A stretch of DNA of 63,887 nucleotides, filler included, from Hausera hauseri (GCA_046269625.1; 12 parts of 12 records of this genome joined end to end with filler, not necessarily neighbours in it); one strand, 5' to 3'. Positions 12,163-21,765 are shown, counted from the first letter of the whole stretch. The notes: generated by a model not told the origin, from the sequence alone. Numbers and translations are program-made.

Positions 12163-13596
12163 TCATTGGTCCAATATGATGGGCCTGTGGACATATTTGC
12201 CTGTGGATCTGGATTTGTACCGTATGGAATCTGGCTCGTATACTTCATCATCTAATACCAGTGTTTCATCCACCTGAATTTTACGTTTTCTTCCACTTTG
12301 TGATGCTGTAGGTGCTTTTCGCAGCGTATCAGAGGCCGCACTTTGGGTGATATATTCGTCGGACCATTTTATTTGTTTATATATTGATTGATAGCACTGC
12401 GCTAAGGCAGTGCTTCGGAGAGAGAAGCCCTTTGTATCATAAAATTTGCGGGCCAACTCTTTGTAGGTATTGGACGATAACTGATACCGACGGATAACAT
12501 CCTCGTGATATAAAATATCACGTACTCCCGCTATCCGTCGGATTGGACATTTGAAATGGTTCACAACCATTTCCACCACGTCGGCTCCAATAATTACTTT
12601 ATCCGTTATAACTTCTGTCACTTTCCTGTAAAAATCCACGGGATCAAGTTGATTGTTAATACTGGATTCTGTGAGGCCAGTTATATGCGTATCAAAATTA
12701 TTGATACGCTGTCTTGGTGTAATGATTCCATATAGTAGGGTGTCTCCGTTTATTGTTAGAATTGAAGCTTCAATAGGTTGAAGCTGATTCCACTGGTCAT
12801 AGGCCAAATTTACGGCTGCTATGACCATGTCTTTGTCTGAGACTTTTTCCAATCTTCTATAGGGGACTGTTCTGTATTTAACATAGTCAGGTTCTGGGAG
12901 GTTGAAGCATATTCCCTCTGGTAGGCCGGGATAAAATTTTTCTCGCTTGATTACTTCCATTGCCAGAATTACACGGTTTGTGCATGAACGGATTTTAAAA
13001 GTGTTATTCTGGAGAAAAGTATAATCGAACGCTAACGCATGTTCCGGGTCCACGTTAATTAAATCACCTTTAATAGCTGTCTTCTTATCTGTGGTCTTTA
13101 TCTGAATCTGACCTACCACGCCATACAAATTCATAGAATGAAATCGATCAGGCAGGATTATAATGTCATCGAGAAGAAATGACATAGCTTTAGTTAGTTG
13201 CATTATAGCAAATGATCGGTTGGCCATACTATACCCCTTGAGGTTGTTGGGGATTTGTTGGGTTTGAGGATAATTTAAACTGGTCACATTATTGTTGTGA
13301 GATACGAAATATTGATTTGAAGGGTTAGCGTTAATCATGTGACTTTTGACATTGCTATACCAATGTTTCGAACGGTTGATGGTCTGGATCTGATGGAACG
13401 TTGTAGCTGAGACTGCAAAAACAAGAGTCAATACATAATTTATCATGATACTTAGACACAATACAACGGTTATCAAACACACCAAATGGGTAATCGTTGT
13501 GGTTTGACTGTTACTATTTCTATTTAGTAAGATAAGTCGATGTTCGGCTATCTTTCTACTTAGGGTTGCGTATATTGCAATCCCTGTTACTAATTG
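12163..13596 (-). CDS. Retroelement extra ORF, in-frame after a single UGA: hydrophobic segment plus ISG20/REX4-like DEDDh-fold domain with degenerate catalytic residues
   Basis: The frame is open from 13596 to 12163. ASILTINGDTLLYGIITPRQRINNFDTHITGLT..KVIIGAD aligns by eye with the REX/ISG20 pattern SxVNxxGxxLYDxxxxPxxxIxDYRTxxSGxT..KxxVGHD. Confidence 0.7.
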   Translation of the reverse strand, partial: QLVTGIAIYATLSRKIAEHRLILLNRNSNSQTTTITHLVCLITVVLCLSIMINYVLTLVFAVSATTFHQIQTINRSKHWYSNVKSHMINANPSNQYFVSHNNNVTSLNYPQTQQIPNNLKGYSMANRSFAIMQLTKAMSFLLDDIIILPDRFHSMNLYGVVGQIQIKTTDKKTAIKGDLINVDPEHALAFDYTFLQNNTFKIRSCTNRVILAMEVIKREKFYPGLPEGICFNLPEPDYVKYRTVPYRRLEKVSDKDMVIAAVNLAYDQWNQLQPIEASILTINGDTLLYGIITPRQRINNFDTHITGLTESSINNQLDPVDFYRKVTEVITDKVIIGADVVEMVVNHFKCPIRRIAGVRDILYHEDVIRRYQLSSNTYKELARKFYDTKGFSLRSTALAQCYQSIYKQIKWSDEYITQSAASDTLRKAPTASQSGRKRKIQVDETLVLDDEVYEPDSIRYKSRSTGKYVHRPIILDQ

Positions 13597-13599
13597 TCA
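13591..13599 (-). promoter_or_regulatory. Candidate programmed stop-codon readthrough signal UGA-CAA-UUA
   Basis: It is the only stop in about 1135 in-frame codons, and its 3' context matches the CARYYA consensus. Confidence 0.7.
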
Positions 13600-15570
13600 G
13601 CTGGGGTTATCCGTATCTAACGGATTCGTTAGATTTCGCATATCTATTCTCACCCAGCTCCTTTTTCGCTTGTGTCGCCTGTATACAATTTTACTCACTA
13701 ATATCAATATTATTATGAAGACTACAGGGGTTATTAAACTTATGCATATTATTTCTAATTGGGAATGACTATATACTGCTCGTGTGGGTTTGGGTGTTAT
13801 CTTGTGGCTAATTGTGTTAGTTTTATGCGATACGTCTGTCTCATACATTACTCTCGTGATTGCTGTCATTATTTTAGTAGAAATTACCTTATTTTTATCA
13901 TCTAGCAATTGTAAAATTATTGTATATCGAGTATTAGGGTCTAATGCTGCGCATGGTACTACTAAATCATCTGGAGTTATGGTTCCCTTGGCTACCACTG
14001 TATCTTGTTTCTTACAACTAAACTTAATTTTTGCAAAATCTAAATCCGGTCTGACCGAAATGATTAATGCAGTTGGAGCTGCTACTACTGTGACATTTCC
14101 CCAGATTGATCGCTTTGTACAATAATAAGATGTGTAAGGTTTCACTAAAATGGTCATATCCGTTTTATTATTCAAGGACTGGGCAGGTGGTACCATAATC
14201 TTGTTCGGTATTTCATCATACTCCTTCTGGTTCTTGTATCGTATGAACATCGTCGGTCCTTTTCTCTGTATTTTATTTTTCAATTTTCCATGTTCTTTCC
14301 GTGACAGAGAATATTTTACCTCGTATATTTTTCCTCTTATTACGTTACAACAAACTTGTTGTTGTTCATCCGTTAATTCACATTTCACTAGTCTTTGTTT
14401 ACTTCCCAGTTCTTTTATGGATATTGTTATCCATCTAATGTATTCTAATTCTATCGTACTACTAATTTCTAGGCAACTTCGTCCACTTTTAAATCCCATC
14501 GGTCTTATTATTAGTTGAGCGAGTATTATTGCATCTAATAGGGTTTCATTCATTTCATGTCTATTAGGAACTCGTATATACCTGTGAAATTTGGTATATA
14601 GACTATAATAATAGTCTCCTTTCTTCTTTATGAGCGTAAGATGTACTTCATGTGTTCCTGAAGTGTCTATTAGACATAACGTTTCATTTGTCGACGAGCG
14701 TAGCATACAGTCATTATACCGCTCATTCGAGTTCTTTTCATAACCATAGATTGGGGTTGTTTGTATCCTTATAATATACTCGCCAGGCATTCGTCTGGTA
14801 GTATACCAGCGAATGCATTTTTGGCCTTTCATGGAGTACGTTATTTGGTATTTTAGGCTTTTTAACCATAGGTCTTCATTTATCGCCGTGGCATGTCGTA
14901 TCTTTGCTTGTTCAATTTCCTGTTCCGTCATCTGTCCTGCTATTTGGGGAATCATAAAGATAGTCGTTAATAATAGGCTCTTTATTAGCCAATGCAATCC
15001 GGGGATTGAACTTTCTTCTTTTACTTTTTCGGTAATACTTAATACAAGTTCCTTTTCGCCTTTTCTTAACTCGCTTCTTCGGGCTGCTGGCTTACATCTG
15101 TTAACATGGACCTTCACCGATGTATTGTTTTTCCTTAAAGATATGTTTGGCATATTTACCTTTTCTACTTCATATGGACCCTTATATGGTCTATCTAACT
15201 TAGATGTCTTACCTTTCTTAAGTGCCGGAGAATATAACATCACTTGATCGCCTATTTTGATTTTTGGTTGCTTAGTCTTTTTATCGTAATATTTCTTATA
15301 TTTGGATTTATAATCCTCTTGGTTCCCGCAAATCGTTTTGTAGGCCAATTGTAAACGTTCTTGCATTAATTGTTTGTAGTCTTCCATTTCCATCAAATGT
15401 GAGACAGGTCTCACATTAAAGTCTAAATCAATGGGTAATCTTGCATCCCGCAAATACATTAGATAAAAGGGGGTTTCTTTAGTGGCTTCATGCACTGACG
15501 TTCGATTTACGAATACACACGCATTGACATACTCATCCCAATCGTCTTGCCTAGTATTGACCACCGTTTG
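13597..15570 (-). CDS. Gypsy integrase C-terminus fused to a type I membrane protein (signal peptide, Cys/FN3-like ectodomain, TM); 5' truncated by contig end
   Basis: Integrase end DWDEYV..VHEATKETPFYLMYLRDARLPID and GDQV..SKLDRPYKGPYEV..VHVNRCKP. Then hydrophobic WLIKSLLLTTIFMIPQIAG, FN3-like ALDPNTRYTIILQ, TM LEIICISLITPVVFIIILILVSKIVY and basic RRHKRKR. Confidence 0.88.
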   Translation of the reverse strand, partial: QTVVNTRQDDWDEYVNACVFVNRTSVHEATKETPFYLMYLRDARLPIDLDFNVRPVSHLMEMEDYKQLMQERLQLAYKTICGNQEDYKSKYKKYYDKKTKQPKIKIGDQVMLYSPALKKGKTSKLDRPYKGPYEVEKVNMPNISLRKNNTSVKVHVNRCKPAARRSELRKGEKELVLSITEKVKEESSIPGLHWLIKSLLLTTIFMIPQIAGQMTEQEIEQAKIRHATAINEDLWLKSLKYQITYSMKGQKCIRWYTTRRMPGEYIIRIQTTPIYGYEKNSNERYNDCMLRSSTNETLCLIDTSGTHEVHLTLIKKKGDYYYSLYTKFHRYIRVPNRHEMNETLLDAIILAQLIIRPMGFKSGRSCLEISSTIELEYIRWITISIKELGSKQRLVKCELTDEQQQVCCNVIRGKIYEVKYSLSRKEHGKLKNKIQRKGPTMFIRYKNQKEYDEIPNKIMVPPAQSLNNKTDMTILVKPYTSYYCTKRSIWGNVTVVAAPTALIISVRPDLDFAKIKFSCKKQDTVVAKGTITPDDLVVPCAALDPNTRYTIILQLLDDKNKVISTKIMTAITRVMYETDVSHKTNTISHKITPKPTRAVYSHSQLEIICISLITPVVFIIILILVSKIVYRRHKRKRSWVRIDMRNLTNPLDTDNPS

Positions 15571-15670
15571 NNNNNNNNNNNNNNNNNNNNNNNNNNNNNN
15601 NNNNNNNNNNNNNNTTAATTAATTAANNNNNNNNNNNNNNNNNNNNNNNNNNNNNNNNNNNNNNNNNNNN

Positions 15671-15855
15671 AGAAGTATTCACTCTGCAGTTCATTTAGAA
15701 ACTGGACTCAGTCTATTTTCTCACTGCATATTTCATTTGTAAGCCGTTTAATTTCAGCTTCTAAATCTATTTTGTAATACTAAATATATAGATAATTTCG
15801 GAGAACAGATTTGAAATCATACCATTTGTCGTACTATTCCTTGAAACAACGCAAT
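15671..15855 (-). pseudogene. 5' end of a small-intron gene, decayed paralogue of 55328-55582
   Basis: (ATT)ALFQGIVRQM-[GT..AG]-YYKIDLEAEIKRLTNEICSEKID*VQFLNELQSEYF. Start codon mutated and one in-frame stop. Confidence 0.6.
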
Positions 15856-16038
15856 GCTTTTTTCAAGGCCCATATTTATAGCCAACCACCAAAATTAAAA
15901 CAAAAATTTTTTGACACAAACCGACCAATCCGATTACACCAATTTGGGGTGAGAATAGTAAAACCCAGTCTGCCGCAGAAATCTCACAACCAAAATTTTA
16001 ACAAATTTTACGCGCCAAATTCAAATTTTAAACTGCTG

Positions 16039-16505
16039 AGATCCAATAAGTCAGCAGATAAAAATTCTGAATAAGTCGTTGATATCCAATAAGTCAGCAG
16101 ATGAAGATTTAGAATAAGTCAGCAGATGAAGATTTTGATGAAGATTTTAATGAAGATTCTAAATGAACATTTTGTGAATTCTAAAATGAACATGGAACAA
16201 ATATTTTGTGATCCATTGAACAAACATTTTGTGATCCATTTTGTGACTATTTTGTGTCTTGAACAAACACTTATTAATTGGTTAACGTTGTAATAAATCT
16301 TATTCTCTTGTTACAGTTTATGTCGAGTCCCATCTGATGGACATTTCAATTTACTGTTACATGTAAGTGAATTGTTATCCAATTCAAAAATCAAAAAGCG
16401 GCTGAAATAATCAATTGAAAATTCACCAACATAGAATTGAAAAATTCACTAAAATAATCAATTTAAAATTCACCAACATAGAATTGAAAAATTCACTAAC
16501 ATAGA
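16039..16505. repeat. Cluster of short tandem/direct repeats
   Basis: AATAAGTCAGCAGAT x3, GAAGATTTT repeats, TTTTGTGATCCATT x2, AATTCACCAACATAGAATTGAAAAATTCACTAA x2. Confidence 0.8.
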
Positions 16506-17034
16506 AATCAGATACCATGATAATTTTAAAATCTGAAATGACGCATGATTTCTTAAAATAAAATATGATTAACCAGAGGTAAAATTTTAAAATTGAATAA
16601 ATAAACGATGTGGAATTGTAGTAAAGCAAACAAAAGCCTGACGAAGTTGATTTTAAAAATAGAATTTTACAATTAGAATGACGCAAACAAACAGTATATA
16701 AACTGATCATTCCAACATGATAGACACATTACTACAATTCACAATTTGAACTACAATTCATTTTAAACTTGATCCTTCAGTAGAAGTAAGTGAGGGTCAT
16801 TTCATAGGCAGTAGATTTTTACTAAAGTATTTAGAATTTGTTGTTTTGAGAATCGATCATTTCACGAGATTTGACCCGTATTAATCGTCGTGGTTATTAA
16901 ACGAAAAACAAAATTCGTCAGTCGGAACATAGTGAAAGCCCATCCATATCGATCAATATTAAGATATACGTGTCAAGAAATAAGAGTTGTTCCGAACATT
17001 TGAAATACATTCATTAGTTAAGTTAGAGTAGACT

Positions 17035-17080
17035 ATGGCAGAACAACATAATCAATATCAACAGACGGGAAGGAACGAGG
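17035..17080 (+). CDS. Candidate shared ATG leader exon (MAEQHNQYQQTGRNE + phase-1 G|GTAATG donor)
   Basis: A similar short exon with a phase-1 donor occurs at 62314-62356, in homologous flanking sequence. Confidence 0.4.
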
Positions 17081-18632
17081 GTAATGATTCAGTTAATTTT
17101 TGTTATAAGTTAATGGCCGCTAATATAATTTCTTGTATTTACTCTATTATTTTGTGATACAATAAATATTGTTTAAAATAAATTGTGCCAACATGACTGA
17201 TAATGCCGTTGAATGGATCTAGAGAGTTCATATGGCTTTATTGATGATTAGTAAATTCGCGACATGGAGATGGACAACAGACTATTAGATCCCTCGGCAT
17301 CCGATGTAAAGCGAATATTGATGAATATTGGAAGAATATGTAAAGGAAGATAATATTCCAGCCAAAAGTTATTCCTCAGCAGATCTACCAACTGTGACGA
17401 TAACTACCTTATTGATATATACGTGGAGGAATATAGATGAAGTCGTGTTGAATAGTCGGATAAGATGTCTTCTGCAGATTGACCTGATGACGATTTGATG
17501 GTGAGGTTTGTTTTGGGATTTTTTGTCTTGACTTTACTACAAAAATGGTTATAGTAAGTATATATGATATTACCAATGTTCTTGGACATTATTGTGAAAT
17601 TATCTATGATATACATGATTTCATAAATTACTCGTATAGAATTGATAACTTATTAGAATATCTGAATATCCTTGATGAAGTCGACAGGGTGATGATAGGT
17701 ATTTAACATGGCCAGCTCTGCGAGGTTTTGGTAATCAGGTGGAGACGAGATGTATTGAATAAATTGACGATAGAGTTGAATTTTAAGCGTATGAGTGGTA
17801 TGGAGTAAAGTTAATATTTTAGGTGAAACAGAAACTGTTCCTGATCGTTTATTGTTATAATATGTAGTGGATATTGTTATTGAGAATTCCCAAAAAATTT
17901 ATTTGTAAAGAAATAAAGGTTTACTTTGAGTGAAAGATGGACATGAAGACATGAAGAACAATGAAGAAACATTGTTAAGGATTTGTTCATTAAATATAAC
18001 TATATACTCTGTTTTAATAAAAATAGAAAAATACACGAGCTTTTACAATAATTTTCAGAAAATGGTAAGAATACAGTGTAAGAGATAAACATTAAGGACG
18101 TAATCATATAAGGATTTGTAAATTAAGCTTACCTTCAACGGAAACACTTTTATTGAGTAATATTCCCGTCGCACGCGTTTACTCTTAATAAAGTAGGATC
18201 CCAGTACTAACTTAACCATGATTTAGGTTTTATCATTATTCGAGAGAAGTAATCAGAAATAATAAAAGTAGGGAACAGAGCTTAAATGAACGGCAATGCT
18301 AGAACAAACGGAGTTTATATGACCCATTCCTTCAGATACGATATAGATAAAATTATTTTAGCAGTCCAAATTAAAGGTATAAACCCAAGCAGACAATCAT
18401 CATTAACACCATGTTCAATACAATTCAAGATTATCTGTGACTCCTACTCAATCAACAAATAAATTCAACGATAAACTCCGATGATTTTATATGTGGATAC
18501 TTATTTAAGGTTAACAAGAGACCCTTGTATCCAACATATAAACTGGTGCCCCGATTGAGGAACATTCACTCTATTATAAAATATGTTTAGAATAATAATG
18601 AACGAAGAATTTATTATCTTGGATAATTTTAG

Positions 18633-18922
18633 ATGACCAGTATGAACCAGCACAATGTGATATATGCTTTGGGGCACTAGGAAGAAAGTATGCAATATTC
18701 AGATGCACTCACATAATGTGCACCAACTGTGCAGGTAACTGGTTATCAAAAAACCAGTCGTGCCCGTTCTGCAGACGAAAAATTACGTCGTACCAGTGCT
18801 GGGGGACCACCGTAGTGGTGATTCCAGACGACGAAGAAAATGAAGAAGAAACTGAAATAGATAGAGATCCAAATGACTTATATGCGTTTGGACCCAATGG
18901 GCTAGTCTATACGCCCATATGA
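18633..18922 (+). CDS. C3HC4 RING-finger protein terminal exon with acidic tail
   Basis: After TTTTAG|: CDIC-x12-CTH-x2-CTNC..W..CPFCR. AATAAA at 18931. Confidence 0.85.
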
Positions 18923-19143
18923 TAGTTATCAATAAATATTATGAGTTGACTTAAGAAGGCTAATATTAGAATAGTAAAAAACGGGAAAAAGGAAAAAACT
19001 AATTGAACAATTTAAGTAAAACGGTAGAAAAGAATATGTATAATTGCTTAAGTATTAATTACTAGAGTAGTAAATAGTAACAAGAATTCAGAAAAACTAA
19101 ACAGAATTTGATAATTAATCGGATTTGATTATATTGCTTTCAG

Positions 19144-19388
19144 GATGTGTTATCTGCCAGAGATTCCTTGAAAATCGGGATAAAGAAAGTTCCTGCACAT
19201 TATGCAAATTCATTGAAGAAATGGAACAGAAGGATCACCAGCTCCAATGCAGTAGTTGCGGAGAGGCAGTCAAACTGGAGGTAACTACAATGAACGAAGA
19301 ATGTTTTCTTTTGTGCGCTATATGCACGTTAACTCCAGCGGATTTGGATGAATTAGATTTGTTATTAGCATTAAATGACATTGAGTGA
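19144..19388 (+). CDS. Small Cys-rich zinc-binding protein exon (4 x CxxC)
   Basis: After CTTTCAG|: CVIC, CTLC, CSSC, CAIC and an acidic C-terminus. AATAAA at 19391. Confidence 0.65.
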
Positions 19389-19458
19389 TGAATAAATGAA
19401 TAAATTATTAAATTAAATAAAATAATACTATTAGTTTCTGAATATTTGTAATTTCCAG

Positions 19459-19870
19459 GCGAATTGTGTCCTATTTGTATGGAGGAATTATCGGTAAACC
19501 GAACTACGTTACCATGTGATCATCAATATTGCCTACAGTGTATAACTACATGGCTAAGTGAAGAAAACACATGCCCATGCTGCAGAAGAATATGTGGGAA
19601 CTGCAGAATATGTTCAAAGCTAGTAACAAACACCCGAGCTATACTCCCTGTCGGCACACCCTTTGTCAGGAGTGTATAAATGATTATCTGCGAAGTAATC
19701 GGTTTTGCCCAGTATGCGAGGAGTATATAGATTTCTACTCTCTGGGACCGTTGATAGTATACTTGGATATAGACGACAGACCGTCAAATATATTCATAAT
19801 CGACGAAGACGACGAAGATTGGCCAGATGAGTGCAGAAATCCACGGTCATATACGACTACCGAATATTAG
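19459..19870 (+). pseudogene. Tandem double-RING protein exon with one frameshift near 19645
   Basis: After TTTCCAG|: CPIC..LPCDHQYCLQCITTWL..CPCCR, then CRIC..PCRHTLCQECI..CPVC. AATAAA at 19898. Confidence 0.85.
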
Positions 19871-19962
19871 AAATAGACTATTATAATATGAACTAATAAT
19901 AAAATTATTGAAGTGGTTTTACTTGTGAATGATTGATAATTCATTTAATAAGACCTTTCCAG

Positions 19963-20259
19963 TATGGTTTGTCGGGATTACAGTTTGAGAGACGGATTTC
20001 AAATGCAATGTCAACACACAGCAACTAATATATATTCAACCTATAATCCACAAGGAACTTTTACACCCCTGGGATCCACATGTGCCATCTGTTTGAGTGC
20101 CTATTCAATTCAGCCGGTAACATTGACGAACTGTCGTCATGAATTTTTCCAGAATTGCATAAAAGAGTGGTTAGAATATCCACGATGTGCCCATTATGTC
20201 GAGGGACTAACAGAATTTTTAAAAAGGAATATAGTTATTTTACTATAAAAAGATTGTGA
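19963..20259 (+). pseudogene. RING-finger protein with a frameshift near 20175
   Basis: CAICLS..TNCRHEFFQNCIKEWL, then MCPLCRG in the shifted frame. Acceptor CTTTCCAG at 19955-19962; AATAAA at 20259. Confidence 0.8.
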
Positions 20260-20322
20260 ATAAAATTTAGTTTAGTTGTTAATGTTAATATTTAAGAATG
20301 AATTTATTTAAGAATATTTCAG

Positions 20323-20719
20323 CTATTCACGAAACGGTAATAGTTAAAATGATAAGAGCCAGAACATCGGAACAACTCAAGTGTCAAGGATCATCTCAAT
20401 CCAAAATGGTACAATATTTATTACATTACCAGAATAGACAGTTCGGACCAGCGTCGTTTATCAAAAAACGGATAAGCTACTCCAAGGCTATAGTATTAGA
20501 CAACTCCATGAGAGACACGCAAAATCGAAAAATATCGTTTCTAAAATATCCAAATTCACCCGTTTCAGGAGAACTAGCGCAATTATATGCCAAAGCCGGA
20601 TTATTCCGAACTCCGACAGGACAGATCAAATGTTTATATTGCCAAGGAGAATTTCAATATGAACAGACAAAGGATCGACCAAAAGAGAAACATAAGAAAC
20701 CGTACCATACTTGTCCTTA
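20323..20719 (+). CDS. BIR-domain (IAP-like) protein, truncated by contig end
   Basis: RKISFLKYP..LYAKAGLF..IKCLYC-x16-H-x6-CP gives the exact BIR Cx2Cx16Hx6C spacing. Preceded by a TTTCAG acceptor. Confidence 0.85.
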
Positions 20720-20881
20720 NNNNNNNNNNNNNNNNNNNNNNNNNNNNNNNNNNNNNNNNNNNNTTAATTAATTAANNNNNNNNNNNNNNNNNNNNNNNNN
20801 NNNNNNNNNNNNNNNNNNNTAATAATAGTCAGTTGTTTTGCTTGTGTTATAAACAAAAAATGATTTTGTAGCAGATAAATA

Positions 20882-21100
20882 ATGGCGATATGATTTATAG
20901 ATATTCAAGCTTTCCAAAATGATAATGCCCGGTACACAATAAAGGAATTATACATTATGGAGGTCGGTAACATTTTCAAACCACTTGTATACATATTCAA
21001 GCCCGATATTGTGTAGAAAGGCCTGACGGAAAAAGCGAAAATTACAAATGGATTTCTCTTTAGACATTGCCACGGACTTCATTAGTATGAAGGCAATTAA
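20882..21100 (+). pseudogene. Small DEDD-exonuclease-like accessory gene of the kind found beside Maverick-type pPolB
   Basis: MAI*FIDIQAF..YTIKELYI..YIFKP..*..FLFRHCHGLH*YEG, with stops at likely Trp positions. The family call is recalled, not searched. Confidence 0.5.
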
Positions 21101-21131
21101 TAAATACGAGTAGGCAATAATTTTAATAATC

Positions 21132-21560
21132 ATGGAAATAGTTATTCAATTGAAGCAATGGCAAATTTTTAATAGATTATCAATTTCAGACTTGGTACAA
21201 TGGTGGAAAGTACTTGATACTAATCTGGTTGCGAGAGCAGCAGGTGATTTTGGATTTAAAGAAGATTTAGCGTCAATAGCATTGACAACAACAGATTACA
21301 GCTCTATAGAAAATATAATTATCGTGTTAAATCAAATGTACATTCACCGATTGTATGATACAAATTACTTTATTACTGTTGAAAAAGTACGCGGTGAATT
21401 AACGAACTTAAAAGAGAAAATAATGGAAAAAGTACGAGACTGTCAGTTTGTGTGTACTATGGAAACAAAGAATAGCGGATACGGTATTCTTAATGTGCGG
21501 CCATCTTGTTGTTTGTCAAATGTGTTTTACCAAAGTAACAACCCAATATCCAGAATATAG
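21132..21560 (+). CDS. Hypothetical protein, 142 aa
   Basis: ATG-initiated ORF with globular composition inside the pPolB-associated gene block. Confidence 0.45.
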   Translation: MEIVIQLKQWQIFNRLSISDLVQWWKVLDTNLVARAAGDFGFKEDLASIALTTTDYSSIENIIIVLNQMYIHRLYDTNYFITVEKVRGELTNLKEKIMEKVRDCQFVCTMETKNSGYGILNVRPSCCLSNVFYQSNNPISRI

Positions 21561-21765
21561 ATATGCTATAATGGAAATTGTACACATTTATTACGAACGA
21601 CACCTTCTCCAATAACTAAACGTGGGCTTCAATGACGTGGAGGTAATTTGTATCATTGTAATATGAAACAATACTCATAAAGTAAATGTCTATTGTTTAC
21701 AATGAAAACAAACCTTTTATATCAATAGAGATGCTATGTTAGTTCACGTTTGTCTTTTTTAAACA

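Noticed and set aside
13784-15247. Plus-strand ORFs 13784-14125, 14150-14518 and 14813-15247
   Set aside because: They are antisense shadows of the real minus-strand CDS.
16318-16363. Mini-exon (TTACAG|...|GTAAGT) as the coding leader for the RING array
   Set aside because: Its phase-1 frame contains a TGA and would create a stop with the 19144 exon. At most it is a non-coding leader exon.
18633-20330. Flatworm-type spliced leader (ending in AUG) supplying the start codons
   Set aside because: That requires phase-0 acceptors, but four of five units are phase 1.
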